From a virus: 64,000 nucleotides of DNA. Under the pieces are notes generated by a model. It saw only the letters and a list, made by a program, of their open reading frames with translations. It was not told where the DNA came from and ran no database searches. The stretch covers positions 4,173 to 68,172 of IMG/VR virus record IMGVR_UViG_3300017917_002237; one strand, given 5' to 3'. Shown piece by piece: positions 10,386 through 19,196 of this stretch; the first letter of the stretch is position 1, and the number at the start of each line of letters is the position of its first letter. A program made the position numbers and the translations under genes.

Positions 10386-11301
10386 GTAAACTTTTGTATA
10401 AATCTCTTATGTAAATGCCATCCAGACTGGATTCTAGCCTTTTTACATAACATTGTGAAAGGGCAGCATATGTTTCGCCATTAAATCCTAATATTTTTTC
10501 AAACCCATGTGTCTTTATTTTCTTAACAATGTCAGGCATGTAGGTATACAACACTGAATTCTTAGTACTGACGCTGGTGAGTTTATAATTATTTTCAGTT
10601 AGCATACTCTTGATCACAGGATGTTCTAGATAATAACCCATCATCTCAGGTGTATAACTGAACCATTCATTTACTAGCGGTATGCCATACTTATGGCTAA
10701 AACGCATGGCGCTGGCGTCCTCGTTTTCTCTGAAGCAATAGGACCACTCGCTAAAGTTTGGTTTTGTTATTCGCTTCATCAGCATCTCCCCACCCATGAC
10801 CGCAGGCAAACATAATTTTGCTACGTGGTAGTATACAGAAAGATAAGCCATCTGACTGCACTGTAATTCAGTGGCAAGCTCTGCGGCTAAGCCGCTGCGA
10901 TAGAAATTAATAATGTCAAAGGGTATGATCTCCAGTTTCAAATCCATGCTATTGGCTATTTGTATAGCATAAACCATGTCTCCATGATTATAGTCATTGT
11001 TGAATTTGATAAAAACTACCCTGGGCGTCACGCCGATATGTTTGAAGGCTCTTAGTACTATTTCACTATCAGTACCACCACTAAACATCACAACAAAGTC
11101 CTTGCCGTATTCTCTGCGAATTATATCGGCAGTTCTATATTGTTCTTGGACCCAATTGCTAGTAGCATAATGATCTTTGTCAATGGCTCCTACAGATACT
11201 TTAAATTTATCCGTGACCTGTTCCCTGTAGCCAAAGTCTCTATAACCGGTTACATCACTACCAATTTTATATTTTAAATGGTTATTGTATGTGAAATTCA
11301 T
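10342..11301 (-). CDS. PP-loop ATPase; paralog of 1002..1925
   Basis: FSGGTDSE PP-loop, EWFSYTPE, KTHGFE. Confidence 0.75.
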   Translation of the reverse strand: MNFTYNNHLKYKIGSDVTGYRDFGYREQVTDKFKVSVGAIDKDHYATSNWVQEQYRTADIIRREYGKDFVVMFSGGTDSEIVLRAFKHIGVTPRVVFIKFNNDYNHGDMVYAIQIANSMDLKLEIIPFDIINFYRSGLAAELATELQCSQMAYLSVYYHVAKLCLPAVMGGEMLMKRITKPNFSEWSYCFRENEDASAMRFSHKYGIPLVNEWFSYTPEMMGYYLEHPVIKSMLTENNYKLTSVSTKNSVLYTYMPDIVKKIKTHGFEKILGFNGETYAALSQCYVKRLESSLDGIYIRDLYKSLHGEDYVSSEVEQQS

Positions 11302-12065
11302 TTCATTAAGGACATTAGGTCTCTAACAAACACCACTCTGGCATCTGCAGACAATTCTATGCCTTGATCGTCTTCGTAGAACATTTGAAGCTCAACAATG
11401 TCCAGACTATCTAAACCAAGGTCTAAAAGTCTCGCATCAGGTGTAATTGGTACTTTGGGCTCTTTATTGAATTGTGATTTGATGGCATTGTTGATATACT
11501 CAAGTTTTTCTTGATCTGTCATGATTTTCCTCGTTAATTGAACCACATACTGTGTAGTATTATATATAGTCATTTTATTCAATGGTTTGAACTGCCTGTA
11601 TATGTCAGGCCAATCATTGAACAAACTGGTACGTTTATTTTGGCTTGCTCTTACAAACCAATCGTAGATCATTTTATTATGTTCGTTTACTGTTATCCAT
11701 AATTTTCTATAATTAGCGGTTTCTAATATAATTTTTGGCAATATGTATTTGGCCATGGGATATTGGCCTCGGTATTCAGGAGAAACATAGGCTCTGGTCA
11801 ATCCCAATGCTACATTTGAATCTTCTTCATATTCGTTCCACCCAGCAGAACATACGATTTTCCCCTCGTCCTCTACGATGTAATATTTCCCATAAAATTT
11901 TCTGTATCTACCAGATCTTAAAACGTAAAAAAGATTACCGTGCTCATCACGGTAATCTGGGTGGTAATTTCTTATTATATTTGGATCAGAAACTTTCATG
12001 AGTTCTGTCCCCAACAACTTTAATAAGTCTAGGTTACTGTTGTCGTGTAATTCATGAATTATCAT
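11298..12065 (-). CDS. GNAT acyltransferase fused to acyl carrier protein
   Basis: GNAT motif A RAYVSPEYRGQ; C-terminal LGLDSLDIVEL phosphopantetheine site. Confidence 0.8.
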   Translation of the reverse strand: MIIHELHDNSNLDLLKLLGTELMKVSDPNIIRNYHPDYRDEHGNLFYVLRSGRYRKFYGKYYIVEDEGKIVCSAGWNEYEEDSNVALGLTRAYVSPEYRGQYPMAKYILPKIILETANYRKLWITVNEHNKMIYDWFVRASQNKRTSLFNDWPDIYRQFKPLNKMTIYNTTQYVVQLTRKIMTDQEKLEYINNAIKSQFNKEPKVPITPDARLLDLGLDSLDIVELQMFYEDDQGIELSADARVVFVRDLMSLMK

Positions 12066-12082
12066 TATACATGTATTTAATA

Positions 12083-12691
12083 CTATGTGTCTATTTGACT
12101 AAACTGTTCATGGATCTTCCTGGATACAACCTTGTGCAAACCAGGATTGACGACAAGTGCTCGAGGCAGTAGCTCGTGTCTAACAAAATTACGCATATAC
12201 TTTAGGTCCATGTTGGTCTTGTCATCAATACAGGGCACAGCATTTTTCTTGCACCAGGCAACAAGATCCGCCTTGACTGTCAACAATAATGGCCTAAACA
12301 CACGATTACGCTGGTATGGAATAAGTTTGGCAGTACCATGCATCATGCTCCAGAGATAAGTTTCTACCGAGTCATCAAGATGATGTGCGGTAAGGATATT
12401 TTCTTCTAGTGAATCAAGCCAAGCATACCTTTGCTCACGCCAGTGCTCTTCAGGGCTAACATCAGGATCTCGTTGTTTACTGATACGACCTTGAATTAAT
12501 TTCCATCCGCGAAACTCGCAGTACTCTGATAAAAATTCTTCAGCTTCTGCGCTAGTCTCTGTACCGTGATGGAAGAAGGCGCAACGCACACTTCTAGTAC
12601 GACTGACAAAATCCGCCAATGCCATACTATCTACACCACCACTAAGAGCAATAACAGGATTCTGTGGCAGACTGCCCAGGATCTTGATCAC
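12083..12691 (-). CDS. tilS: tRNA(Ile)-lysidine synthase (catalytic domain only)
   Basis: ALSGGVDSMAL, REQRY, LTAHHLDDSVETYL, RPLL, DKTN..YMRNFVRH. Confidence 0.9.
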   Translation of the reverse strand: MIKILGSLPQNPVIALSGGVDSMALADFVSRTRSVRCAFFHHGTETSAEAEEFLSEYCEFRGWKLIQGRISKQRDPDVSPEEHWREQRYAWLDSLEENILTAHHLDDSVETYLWSMMHGTAKLIPYQRNRVFRPLLLTVKADLVAWCKKNAVPCIDDKTNMDLKYMRNFVRHELLPRALVVNPGLHKVVSRKIHEQFSQIDT

Positions 12692-13233
12692 TGTTCTTCC
12701 TCGTCCTCGTCCCAGGAATTTTCACTAATGCCAAACATTTCGTCTAGGTCTTCAGGAATCTCATCGCCCTTGTTGATCTCGTAGGTGTGATCGCCATACT
12801 CTGTAGTATACTTGCCACAGAAACCCATACCAGGTTCATAGTAACACAGCCTAACTTCAAAGCCCAGGTCACTAAGTTTCTCCATGGCGTTTACGGGCGG
12901 CGCCCACGCACTATCGAAGTTAGCACTAAAACTAATCTCCGTCTGATCGTAGATGTCGTTAGATTCTACATCCCACTTTGTACCCCATTCGCTGACACAG
13001 AATTCATACCAAGTAGGATAGCCAAACTTCTCTGAATTGGATTTATGTTGATCTTCCAACTTCTTCTGTTCAGCTTCATCTGCAAAGGAACCTGCTACTG
13101 CTTCCTTTAGTTCCTTGGGACAGGGTACGAATTCCTGCAGGAATTCTCCACGCTTGAGGGCGTTAATTGCTCGAGTAATCATCTGTGGATTGCTGTGGGT
13201 CAGATCCAGATAATTACTACACCAGTTAGGCAT
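12688..13233 (-). CDS. MPNWC-family ferredoxin-like phage protein
   Basis: MPNWCSN start, WYEFCVSEWGTKWD, FDSAWAPP, YYEPGMGFCG. Confidence 0.7.
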   Translation of the reverse strand: MPNWCSNYLDLTHSNPQMITRAINALKRGEFLQEFVPCPKELKEAVAGSFADEAEQKKLEDQHKSNSEKFGYPTWYEFCVSEWGTKWDVESNDIYDQTEISFSANFDSAWAPPVNAMEKLSDLGFEVRLCYYEPGMGFCGKYTTEYGDHTYEINKGDEIPEDLDEMFGISENSWDEDEEEQ

Positions 13234-13249
13234 TTTGTGTCTTCTCCAA

Positions 13250-13636
13250 TTAAAGTGTAAAACCAACAGCTCGCAATTCTTGCGCGGCCGTACGGCGATT
13301 CTCTGCCGAGATTGATAGTATAGCAGATTTATTTGAAAATTTCAAGCCATCGTAAATATCTTTGGCTTCCTTGAGTCCGAGACGTCGATTGTCCAGAGTT
13401 CGAATTGCTTTAATGCATGAAACGGCGTTGGCATTCTGGGTTACTCCATGTAGCGTGATCCTACCGGAAAATTGACCGGTAAGCATGGCTATGAAAACTT
13501 CGGCCTTGAGGTCTGGATCGACAAAGTCAGCCATCTTCTCCCATGCCGACTGTCCCTGTGCGTCACCATAATGGCGCACCAGACTCTGCAAGAAGGCAAT
13601 GGCATCTGCTACTAATTGCGCTCGTTCTTCTTCCAT
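13250..13636 (-). CDS. Protein with ribosomal protein bL12 C-terminal-like domain
   Basis: VSCIKAIRT...GLKEAKDIYD and terminal ELRAVG. Confidence 0.6.
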   Translation of the reverse strand: MEEERAQLVADAIAFLQSLVRHYGDAQGQSAWEKMADFVDPDLKAEVFIAMLTGQFSGRITLHGVTQNANAVSCIKAIRTLDNRRLGLKEAKDIYDGLKFSNKSAILSISAENRRTAAQELRAVGFTL

Positions 13637-13645
13637 GATATCTAC

Positions 13646-14782
13646 TTAATTTCGTTCAAACCAAATTTTTGCCATGCTGTGCAATTCAGGCATAATAGCG
13701 TTGGTGCTGAATGCAATAAAGAATTTGTCATTCTTGGTATTCCAAATAATTGTTTGGCCACCATATCCCACAGCCGCGTAGGTTCCAGGGATAGCAGTGT
13801 TGTCCACCCAGGTCAGATAACCATAGCCCTGATAGGAAGGAACGAATCGACGGTCAGTACTGATCTGCCTTGTGGTTGCTTGGCGCACAAAATCACCATA
13901 ACAACCTGTTTGCCGACGACTTTCCTGCACAAATACTGCAAAGCGGGCCCAGTCGTTCATAGTCATGCGACTATCACCCACTGTCCATGCATAACCAAAT
14001 TTGTCTCTGCCGTGATACCTGCGGTCTCCTGTCTGTACTTTGCTAAAGAAATGCTCAGTCTGCCATTCACGAAAATCCTTGCCGCCCTTACCATAGGCAG
14101 CAGAAATCATCATGCCCACAAGAATGGGATCTTGTGATTTGTAGGAAAATGTGCTACCAGTCTTTTCCCAACCCTGTTGTTTACCTAGACGGCCCTTAAG
14201 CAATTCCATCCAGCTGGTACGTGCATTACTCAGATCCTGACGTTCTTCCTTGGTCAAGCTCTGACTGTCATCAAAGGCACGTGTAGTACCAGACGACATG
14301 GTAAGATTATCTCGCAAGGTTGTTTCGCCAATGCCAGTTCCTGCAAGTTCAGGCAACACATCTTTGGCTCTTGTATTCAGTGAAATCTTACCATCACAGA
14401 TGGCCACGCCTGCGCTCATAGCAGTGACAGTCTTGTCCACACTAGCACTCATAAATGTGTTGAATTCTGAAGCACCATCCTTATAGCCAACCTTGACAAT
14501 CTTGTCGCCATCACCCAGGAGGTATGCTACTGAGCTGATACTTTCAAACTGGCGTTGAATGTCTTCGATGCCACGTGCCTCGGCCTGAGTTGGTTCCCTA
14601 GTACCTAGCACTCGTCCTTGCCTAGTGGCAGGTACAAAATATCTGTGGTATTCGCCCTCTGACATCAAAACGTTTTTAGGCATGAGGGGTCTGCCATTGC
14701 TCTGCGGCAGATGTTGTGAATATGCCGATAATGCCGTACTAGTAAGTGCAAGCACCAAAAGAGTTTTAGAAAATTTCTTCAT
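13646..14782 (-). CDS. Secreted serine hydrolase, beta-lactamase/class C-like fold
   Basis: Signal peptide; SVDK (SxxK), FSYKS, LTMSSG, GYGYLTW, GYGGQ. Confidence 0.75.
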   Translation of the reverse strand: MKKFSKTLLVLALTSTALSAYSQHLPQSNGRPLMPKNVLMSEGEYHRYFVPATRQGRVLGTREPTQAEARGIEDIQRQFESISSVAYLLGDGDKIVKVGYKDGASEFNTFMSASVDKTVTAMSAGVAICDGKISLNTRAKDVLPELAGTGIGETTLRDNLTMSSGTTRAFDDSQSLTKEERQDLSNARTSWMELLKGRLGKQQGWEKTGSTFSYKSQDPILVGMMISAAYGKGGKDFREWQTEHFFSKVQTGDRRYHGRDKFGYAWTVGDSRMTMNDWARFAVFVQESRRQTGCYGDFVRQATTRQISTDRRFVPSYQGYGYLTWVDNTAIPGTYAAVGYGGQTIIWNTKNDKFFIAFSTNAIMPELHSMAKIWFERN

Positions 14783-14787
14783 GATAA

Positions 14788-15462
14788 TTAACTAATCACT
14801 TTCACACGAGTAAGCCAGGTTTCTTTAACACCGGTACGATCATTCTCCTGGCAACGCTTGATGCTACCTGCAAGCACCACAGTAGAACCCTTGGCATATA
14901 GTGCAGGGTCGTGTGCGGTACTAAACTTAACGATGTTCTTGCCGTCAGTGGCTGTAACGATGTGGATGTTATAATTGCGGCTATAGACAAGATCCATGAT
15001 CTCCGCAATAACGCGAAGCTTGGCACCCACTTGACCTAGATATTCGCTGGTGGCCACCATGCCCTGTTCCCGAGCCAGTTTATTCTCACGCTCGAGATCA
15101 CTGCGATAGGTCTTGGGCAGAGCTGCCATGCAGGCAATGTCAAATTTACTCACCTGCTTCTTACCCACAATGTCAGCGATGTTGGCAAGGAAGCCGTTGT
15201 CCAACTTGCCAGTCAACTTGCGGAACAGCAGACCCTGAAAATGCTGTGAAAGGTTGATACCCTGTTCGCGATCTTCAGCGGTCAACAGATGAGGGGACTC
15301 CACCATGTCGTAGGCAATGGCCTTGTTGAACTTTGAGTCAACTGGCATGGGGTAGGTGTTTTGATTGATATACTTGCCGCCGTTGATACGATCAGCGGCC
15401 GCCACAGCCGCCCAGGCAGTTTCAATGTCATAGAGCGGTTGCGGAGCACGATTATAACGCAT
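14788..15462 (-). CDS. Conserved phage protein with C-terminal OB-fold-like region
   Basis: AWAAVAAADRING N-terminus; ETWLTRVK C-terminus; promoter upstream. Confidence 0.6.
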   Translation of the reverse strand: MRYNRAPQPLYDIETAWAAVAAADRINGGKYINQNTYPMPVDSKFNKAIAYDMVESPHLLTAEDREQGINLSQHFQGLLFRKLTGKLDNGFLANIADIVGKKQVSKFDIACMAALPKTYRSDLERENKLAREQGMVATSEYLGQVGAKLRVIAEIMDLVYSRNYNIHIVTATDGKNIVKFSTAHDPALYAKGSTVVLAGSIKRCQENDRTGVKETWLTRVKVIS

Positions 15463-15494
15463 GTCAGATGCCTTGTTCGTTAACTGATATCAGT

Positions 15495-15530
15495 ATTATA
15501 CGACAGTTCTGATTTTTGGTCAATTATTGG
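15495..15530 (-). promoter_or_regulatory. Early promoter family copy
   Basis: CAATAA-TTGACC-17-TATAAT. Confidence 0.8.
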
Positions 15531-15533
15531 CGA

Positions 15534-15920
15534 TTATTGGCAAGTCCAGGCCTGTTGCTTGGCTTGGCTATAGCAACCATCGCGATGTTGCCAGGTGTAA
15601 TGAGGATCATTGCGAAACTTAGCATCACAGCCTGCAATACGAGCCTGATAAACTTCCTGATTCAGGAAGCAGACCTGACGTTGCTGATAGACATGCACAG
15701 GGGCAGGCGCATAGACCACCGGAGGACTAGCAGGATGCTGGCTACCAATAGCGGTACCAAGGACGGCACCAACAACAGCACCACCACGACCGGCAACGGC
15801 ATTACCAACAACAGCACCAACGCCTGCACCAACTGCGGTGTTGGCTTGCTGATGCGTGGCGCAACCAGTAAGGGCCGCAGTGGACACAAGGGCGCCAATA
15901 ACCAGAGTACGTTTAAGCAT
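15534..15920 (-). CDS. Glycine-zipper lipoprotein
   Basis: Lipobox LTGC; GAGVGAVVG..GAVVGAVLG glycine zipper. Confidence 0.75.
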   Translation of the reverse strand: MLKRTLVIGALVSTAALTGCATHQQANTAVGAGVGAVVGNAVAGRGGAVVGAVLGTAIGSQHPASPPVVYAPAPVHVYQQRQVCFLNQEVYQARIAGCDAKFRNDPHYTWQHRDGCYSQAKQQAWTCQ

Positions 15921-16248
15921 TTTGGATCTCCTTCACATGCTTACATGCACCACGAAAAGTGAACCCGGGACAGGTGCAAGTCTTTGCATCGGGATCAATA
16001 AAATAGGAGTTACCTTTACTACCTTTGACTTCAATAAGGCTACTCTCTATCTTAATCTTGAACAGTTTCGCATCTGCACGAGTAAAAGTTCTGCCACGAC
16101 GATCGATCGTCATAGGCTTACTAAAATAAAACGGCTTGCCTTCTCCAAACTTAATGTAGGCCACTGCCTTGCTGCCGTCAAACAAATAAATGTGATTGGG
16201 CTGGCTGGGCGAGTCCTTCCAAACTGTAGTTTCTCGAAGTGCTTCCAT
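15913..16248 (-). CDS. SWIM zinc-finger protein
   Basis: GSKGNSY...CTCPGFTFRGACKH. Confidence 0.8.
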   Translation of the reverse strand: MEALRETTVWKDSPSQPNHIYLFDGSKAVAYIKFGEGKPFYFSKPMTIDRRGRTFTRADAKLFKIKIESSLIEVKGSKGNSYFIDPDAKTCTCPGFTFRGACKHVKEIQNA

Positions 16249-16272
16249 TATTTACTCCATCTCATTGCCATT

Positions 16273-16310
16273 AGTATAGCATCAAGTGGATTTTTCGTCA
16301 ATTATTGGGG
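16273..16310 (-). promoter_or_regulatory. Early promoter family copy
   Basis: CCAATAA-TTGACG-17-TATACT. Confidence 0.8.
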
Positions 16311-16393
16311 TTTTTCCAAGCCAATGAAGAAACTGACGCCCATCATTATAGCCATAATTATGCCAAAAAGTTCTACGGTCATAATTGGCTCCT

Positions 16394-16591
16394 TCAATCG
16401 CCTGCCAGGCGCATGATCTGAGCGAGCTCGTCGCTTTCCACATAGAAGTCGGTGCGAGGATCCCAATACTGTCCTGCCTTGGGATCATAGTACAGGATCC
16501 TGCCATCGTAGTAAAACGGACCTTCCAGGCCCTTACGGGGACCGAAACCCTGCATGATTTCCTCTGTCTTGCCGATTACTCGATAGCCCAT
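16394..16591 (-). CDS. Hypothetical phage protein
   Basis: AGGAG RBS; GLEGPF..YYDPKAGQYWDP. Confidence 0.65.
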   Translation of the reverse strand: MGYRVIGKTEEIMQGFGPRKGLEGPFYYDGRILYYDPKAGQYWDPRTDFYVESDELAQIMRLAGD

Positions 16592-16620
16592 CAGGTGCTC
16601 CTTTTGTTTACCATAATGCT

Positions 16621-16665
16621 AGTATAGCAGAATGGGTATTTTCGGTCAATTTATGAGTATTTTTG
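16621..16665 (-). promoter_or_regulatory. Early promoter family copy
   Basis: CAAAAATACTCATAAA-TTGACC-17-TATACT. Confidence 0.8.
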
Positions 16666-16838
16666 AATGGGCATGGGCCGCAGTAGCGACCCTATACTGA
16701 AATGGGGCAAGAGCACGATGGGCCCTACAAGGGGTTAGAATTCTGAGCTTAGGGCATAATACCTGGCCCTAGCCCAGAGCCTTTATGAGCAGATGTTGTG
16801 TTTTTGCAACACCAAAAATACTCAATAATTGACAATAA

Positions 16839-16973
16839 TTATTGTTTATTTCTGGGGCAATCACAGGGCAGGCGACCCTGGTTGCAGTTACCCGAGCAGC
16901 CTGGTGCGTCTGACAACAAGTGCCATGCCACAATGCAGGCCACCAGAGAAATAATAGCGATTAAAATAGTCAT
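16839..16973 (-). CDS. 44-aa membrane-anchored Cys-rich peptide (not in ORF track)
   Basis: MTILIAIISLVACIVAWHLLSDAPGCSGNCNQGRLPCDCPRNKQ; ATGA overlap with upstream gene. Confidence 0.6.
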   Translation of the reverse strand: MTILIAIISLVACIVAWHLLSDAPGCSGNCNQGRLPCDCPRNKQ

Positions 16974-17818
16974 ATTTCAATTACAATCTTAGGATCCCAG
17001 CCACTATCAGGCTCATAGCCTTCGTAGCCGCGAGGGTTACAGACAACACGAGTTGAACCAATCATGTAATCAAAACAATGATGGGTGTGCCCATGTGTCC
17101 ACAGTTTGATCTGAGGACGATCCATGATGAACTCATCCAGGCTAGAACTATATGCACCATTCATAAGCGTCTCGTCGGCATATTTTGGATGGGTACTAAG
17201 ACGACTAGGAGCCATGTGGCCAACCACAACAAACTTCTGGTCAAACTTGCCTTCTACCACGGTGCGGATATAATCTACACTTCGACGGTGCTGTGCCAGA
17301 GTATGTGCAGGTCGCAACTTGGTGTAGCCATGATCACTATTACGAACAATCCTATAATCGTTCATCATGTCAGCAATGGCATGAAGGGTCAGAGGATCAC
17401 CTTTGTTCATGTCAGTCCACAATGTGCAACCAATAAATGTTGTATCATCAATGGTCTTTACATCGTTTTCCAGGAAGTAGATGTTTGTGTACTTGGCACA
17501 TTCATTACGTAGGTCCTGCAGGCTAGCAGGAAACTTACCATGATAGAATTCGTGATTACCAGCAACATAAACAACGTGGGGGAATTGAAAACTGCAACGC
17601 TTTAGAAAGTTTCTATAGTCATATGCTTTGGCTTGACGCCGACCCATATTCTTATACAAATGATCAGTCATGGGAGTCATGTCTGCTTCTGGATGATCGT
17701 GCAAGTCCTGGGCGATCATAATATCGCCACTGAGAATTAAGACATCGCAGTTTTCATCGTTAGTGATGTTGACATCAGAAAACTCTAGGTGCAGATCTGA
17801 TACTACTTTTATTTTCAT
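16970..17818 (-). CDS. Calcineurin-like metallophosphoesterase
   Basis: SDLHLE, GD, GNHE, GHTH, NPRGY. Confidence 0.9.
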   Translation of the reverse strand: MKIKVVSDLHLEFSDVNITNDENCDVLILSGDIMIAQDLHDHPEADMTPMTDHLYKNMGRRQAKAYDYRNFLKRCSFQFPHVVYVAGNHEFYHGKFPASLQDLRNECAKYTNIYFLENDVKTIDDTTFIGCTLWTDMNKGDPLTLHAIADMMNDYRIVRNSDHGYTKLRPAHTLAQHRRSVDYIRTVVEGKFDQKFVVVGHMAPSRLSTHPKYADETLMNGAYSSSLDEFIMDRPQIKLWTHGHTHHCFDYMIGSTRVVCNPRGYEGYEPDSGWDPKIVIEI

Positions 17819-18036
17819 TTTAGCTTATCCACAAAACGCTTATGGTACCACTCTTCTTCACCTGCAAAAGTAGGACAGTTTTCAATTAAGTCGTCTAGTA
17901 TGAATTTAATCTGTACTAGATCTTGTTTGATGGCACTGGCGGTGAATCCGTCGTTATAAGGACTACGGCATTCAGCCGCCATGCTACGAAGTTGGGCGAC
18001 AATGTCGCCCTCATTCCAGGATTTTTTAAATCCCAT
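17815..18036 (-). CDS. Hypothetical phage protein
   Basis: Coupled ORF; SPYNDGF..KQDL..CPTFAGEEEW. Confidence 0.65.
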   Translation of the reverse strand: MGFKKSWNEGDIVAQLRSMAAECRSPYNDGFTASAIKQDLVQIKFILDDLIENCPTFAGEEEWYHKRFVDKLK

Positions 18037-18212
18037 TACTTGGCATCGGGTTGCTGAACGCGAACTCGTTTGGTCTTGCCAAGGTTCGTCTTAATCTCGG
18101 CTACACGGTCTTGTAGCCAGGACTCCTTTTCAGCTTCAGCCTTTGCAGACTGGAAGTCGAAAAAAGTTTTACGAAACTTGCCGCAAGTAACAGTCCAAGT
18201 CATACCACTCAT
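18036..18212 (-). CDS. 58-aa hypothetical (not in ORF track)
   Basis: GAGG RBS; MSGMTWTVTCGKFRKTF...; downstream of TTGACA-18-TATAAT (18248-18277). Confidence 0.6.
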   Translation of the reverse strand: MSGMTWTVTCGKFRKTFFDFQSAKAEAEKESWLQDRVAEIKTNLGKTKRVRVQQPDAK

Positions 18213-18305
18213 ATTTACCTCATTAAGGTTAAGTTAAACACAGCCTGATTATAATACAGATTCAAGCGGGCTGTCAACGCTCAAATTCACCAAAATAAAT
18301 AATCA

Positions 18306-18494
18306 ATGCCAATACTCGTTGATATCAAGGAGAAAGAAAGAAGGATGACGGTGTGCTACCATTGTGAGCATATCAAATTACCTGTACAGATATGTGGTGT
18401 CTGTTGGTGCTTTCTTCCTGCCAAAGCTCGACTAGCCAGGGAACATTGCCCCTTGGGCAAATGGCGCTTCAATGATGCTTCAGCATCTCCATAA
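18306..18494 (+). CDS. Small Cys-rich protein (CxxC..CxxCxC..CPLGKW)
   Basis: Cys pattern; TAAATA box just upstream. Confidence 0.6.
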   Translation: MPILVDIKEKERRMTVCYHCEHIKLPVQICGVCWCFLPAKARLAREHCPLGKWRFNDASASP

Positions 18495-18756
18495 AAACTG
18501 CCTTGCCCAGTTCTTCACTGAAGTCTTCCTGGTTGGTGATAATGTGTAGAGACCTGTTGTGCTGATCTCGTTTCTCATCATAAAAGGTTGATTCAACAAC
18601 GTAGCCGCCACTGGCCTTGTGAATAGTAAAATTCACTGCATGGCGATCATGGTCTAGAATTCTACCGCGATGAGAACCTCCTATGACAAGGTTGGCCTCC
18701 TTTGTTTCCTGCTCATGACGCATCAGCCATTGTGCAAGTCGCATTTTCCAGTTCAT
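18469..18756 (-). CDS. Hypothetical phage protein
   Basis: FTIHKASGGYVVE..LHII; coupled ORF. Confidence 0.65.
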   Translation of the reverse strand: MNWKMRLAQWLMRHEQETKEANLVIGGSHRGRILDHDRHAVNFTIHKASGGYVVESTFYDEKRDQHNRSLHIITNQEDFSEELGKAVFMEMLKHH

Positions 18757-19196
18757 TGTGTACCTTTCATATCAATTACATAGGGATCCAGCGTGTCTAA
18801 ATAGGCACGAGTAAGTTTTTCTAAATTCATGTCGTGTTGAAAATAACCTTTTAACACGCCATTGTAATATTGCTGTGCGGGTGTACCAAGTACATGACCA
18901 GGCGTCATACAGTAGATCATGGCCTCGACATTGATGCTATTAAAATACACTTGTACTATCTTTTTATTATAATAATGTGGATAGCCTTCTAGCGCATCAA
19001 GAGCTCGTTCACACTTGGATGTAATAGACCAAATAGCGCATTCCATTTCTTGTCCAGGTGCATACTCGGCGTCGGCATGATATTTGAAACGCAGTGCATG
19101 ATCCTGCAGAGTAATTTTACCAAGAGATCTGGCGGCTGGACAACGATGTGCCATATCCTCAAGGTTTGTGTTCATACCATAGGCGAGGTAAAACAT
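18753..19196 (-). CDS. Gamma-glutamylcyclotransferase (AIG2-like)
   Basis: YLAYGMN, RCPAA, LDALEGYP. Confidence 0.8.
   Translation of the reverse strand: MFYLAYGMNTNLEDMAHRCPAARSLGKITLQDHALRFKYHADAEYAPGQEMECAIWSITSKCERALDALEGYPHYYNKKIVQVYFNSINVEAMIYCMTPGHVLGTPAQQYYNGVLKGYFQHDMNLEKLTRAYLDTLDPYVIDMKGTQ

Noticed and set aside
153-12065. RiPP/lasso-peptide cluster (PP-loop plus radical SAM)
   Set aside because: No precursor peptide ORF, RRE or leader peptidase visible in the short intergenic gaps
13646-14782. Antibiotic-resistance beta-lactamase
   Set aside because: Only the general serine-hydrolase fold motifs (SxxK, YxS) are present; no support for true beta-lactamase activity
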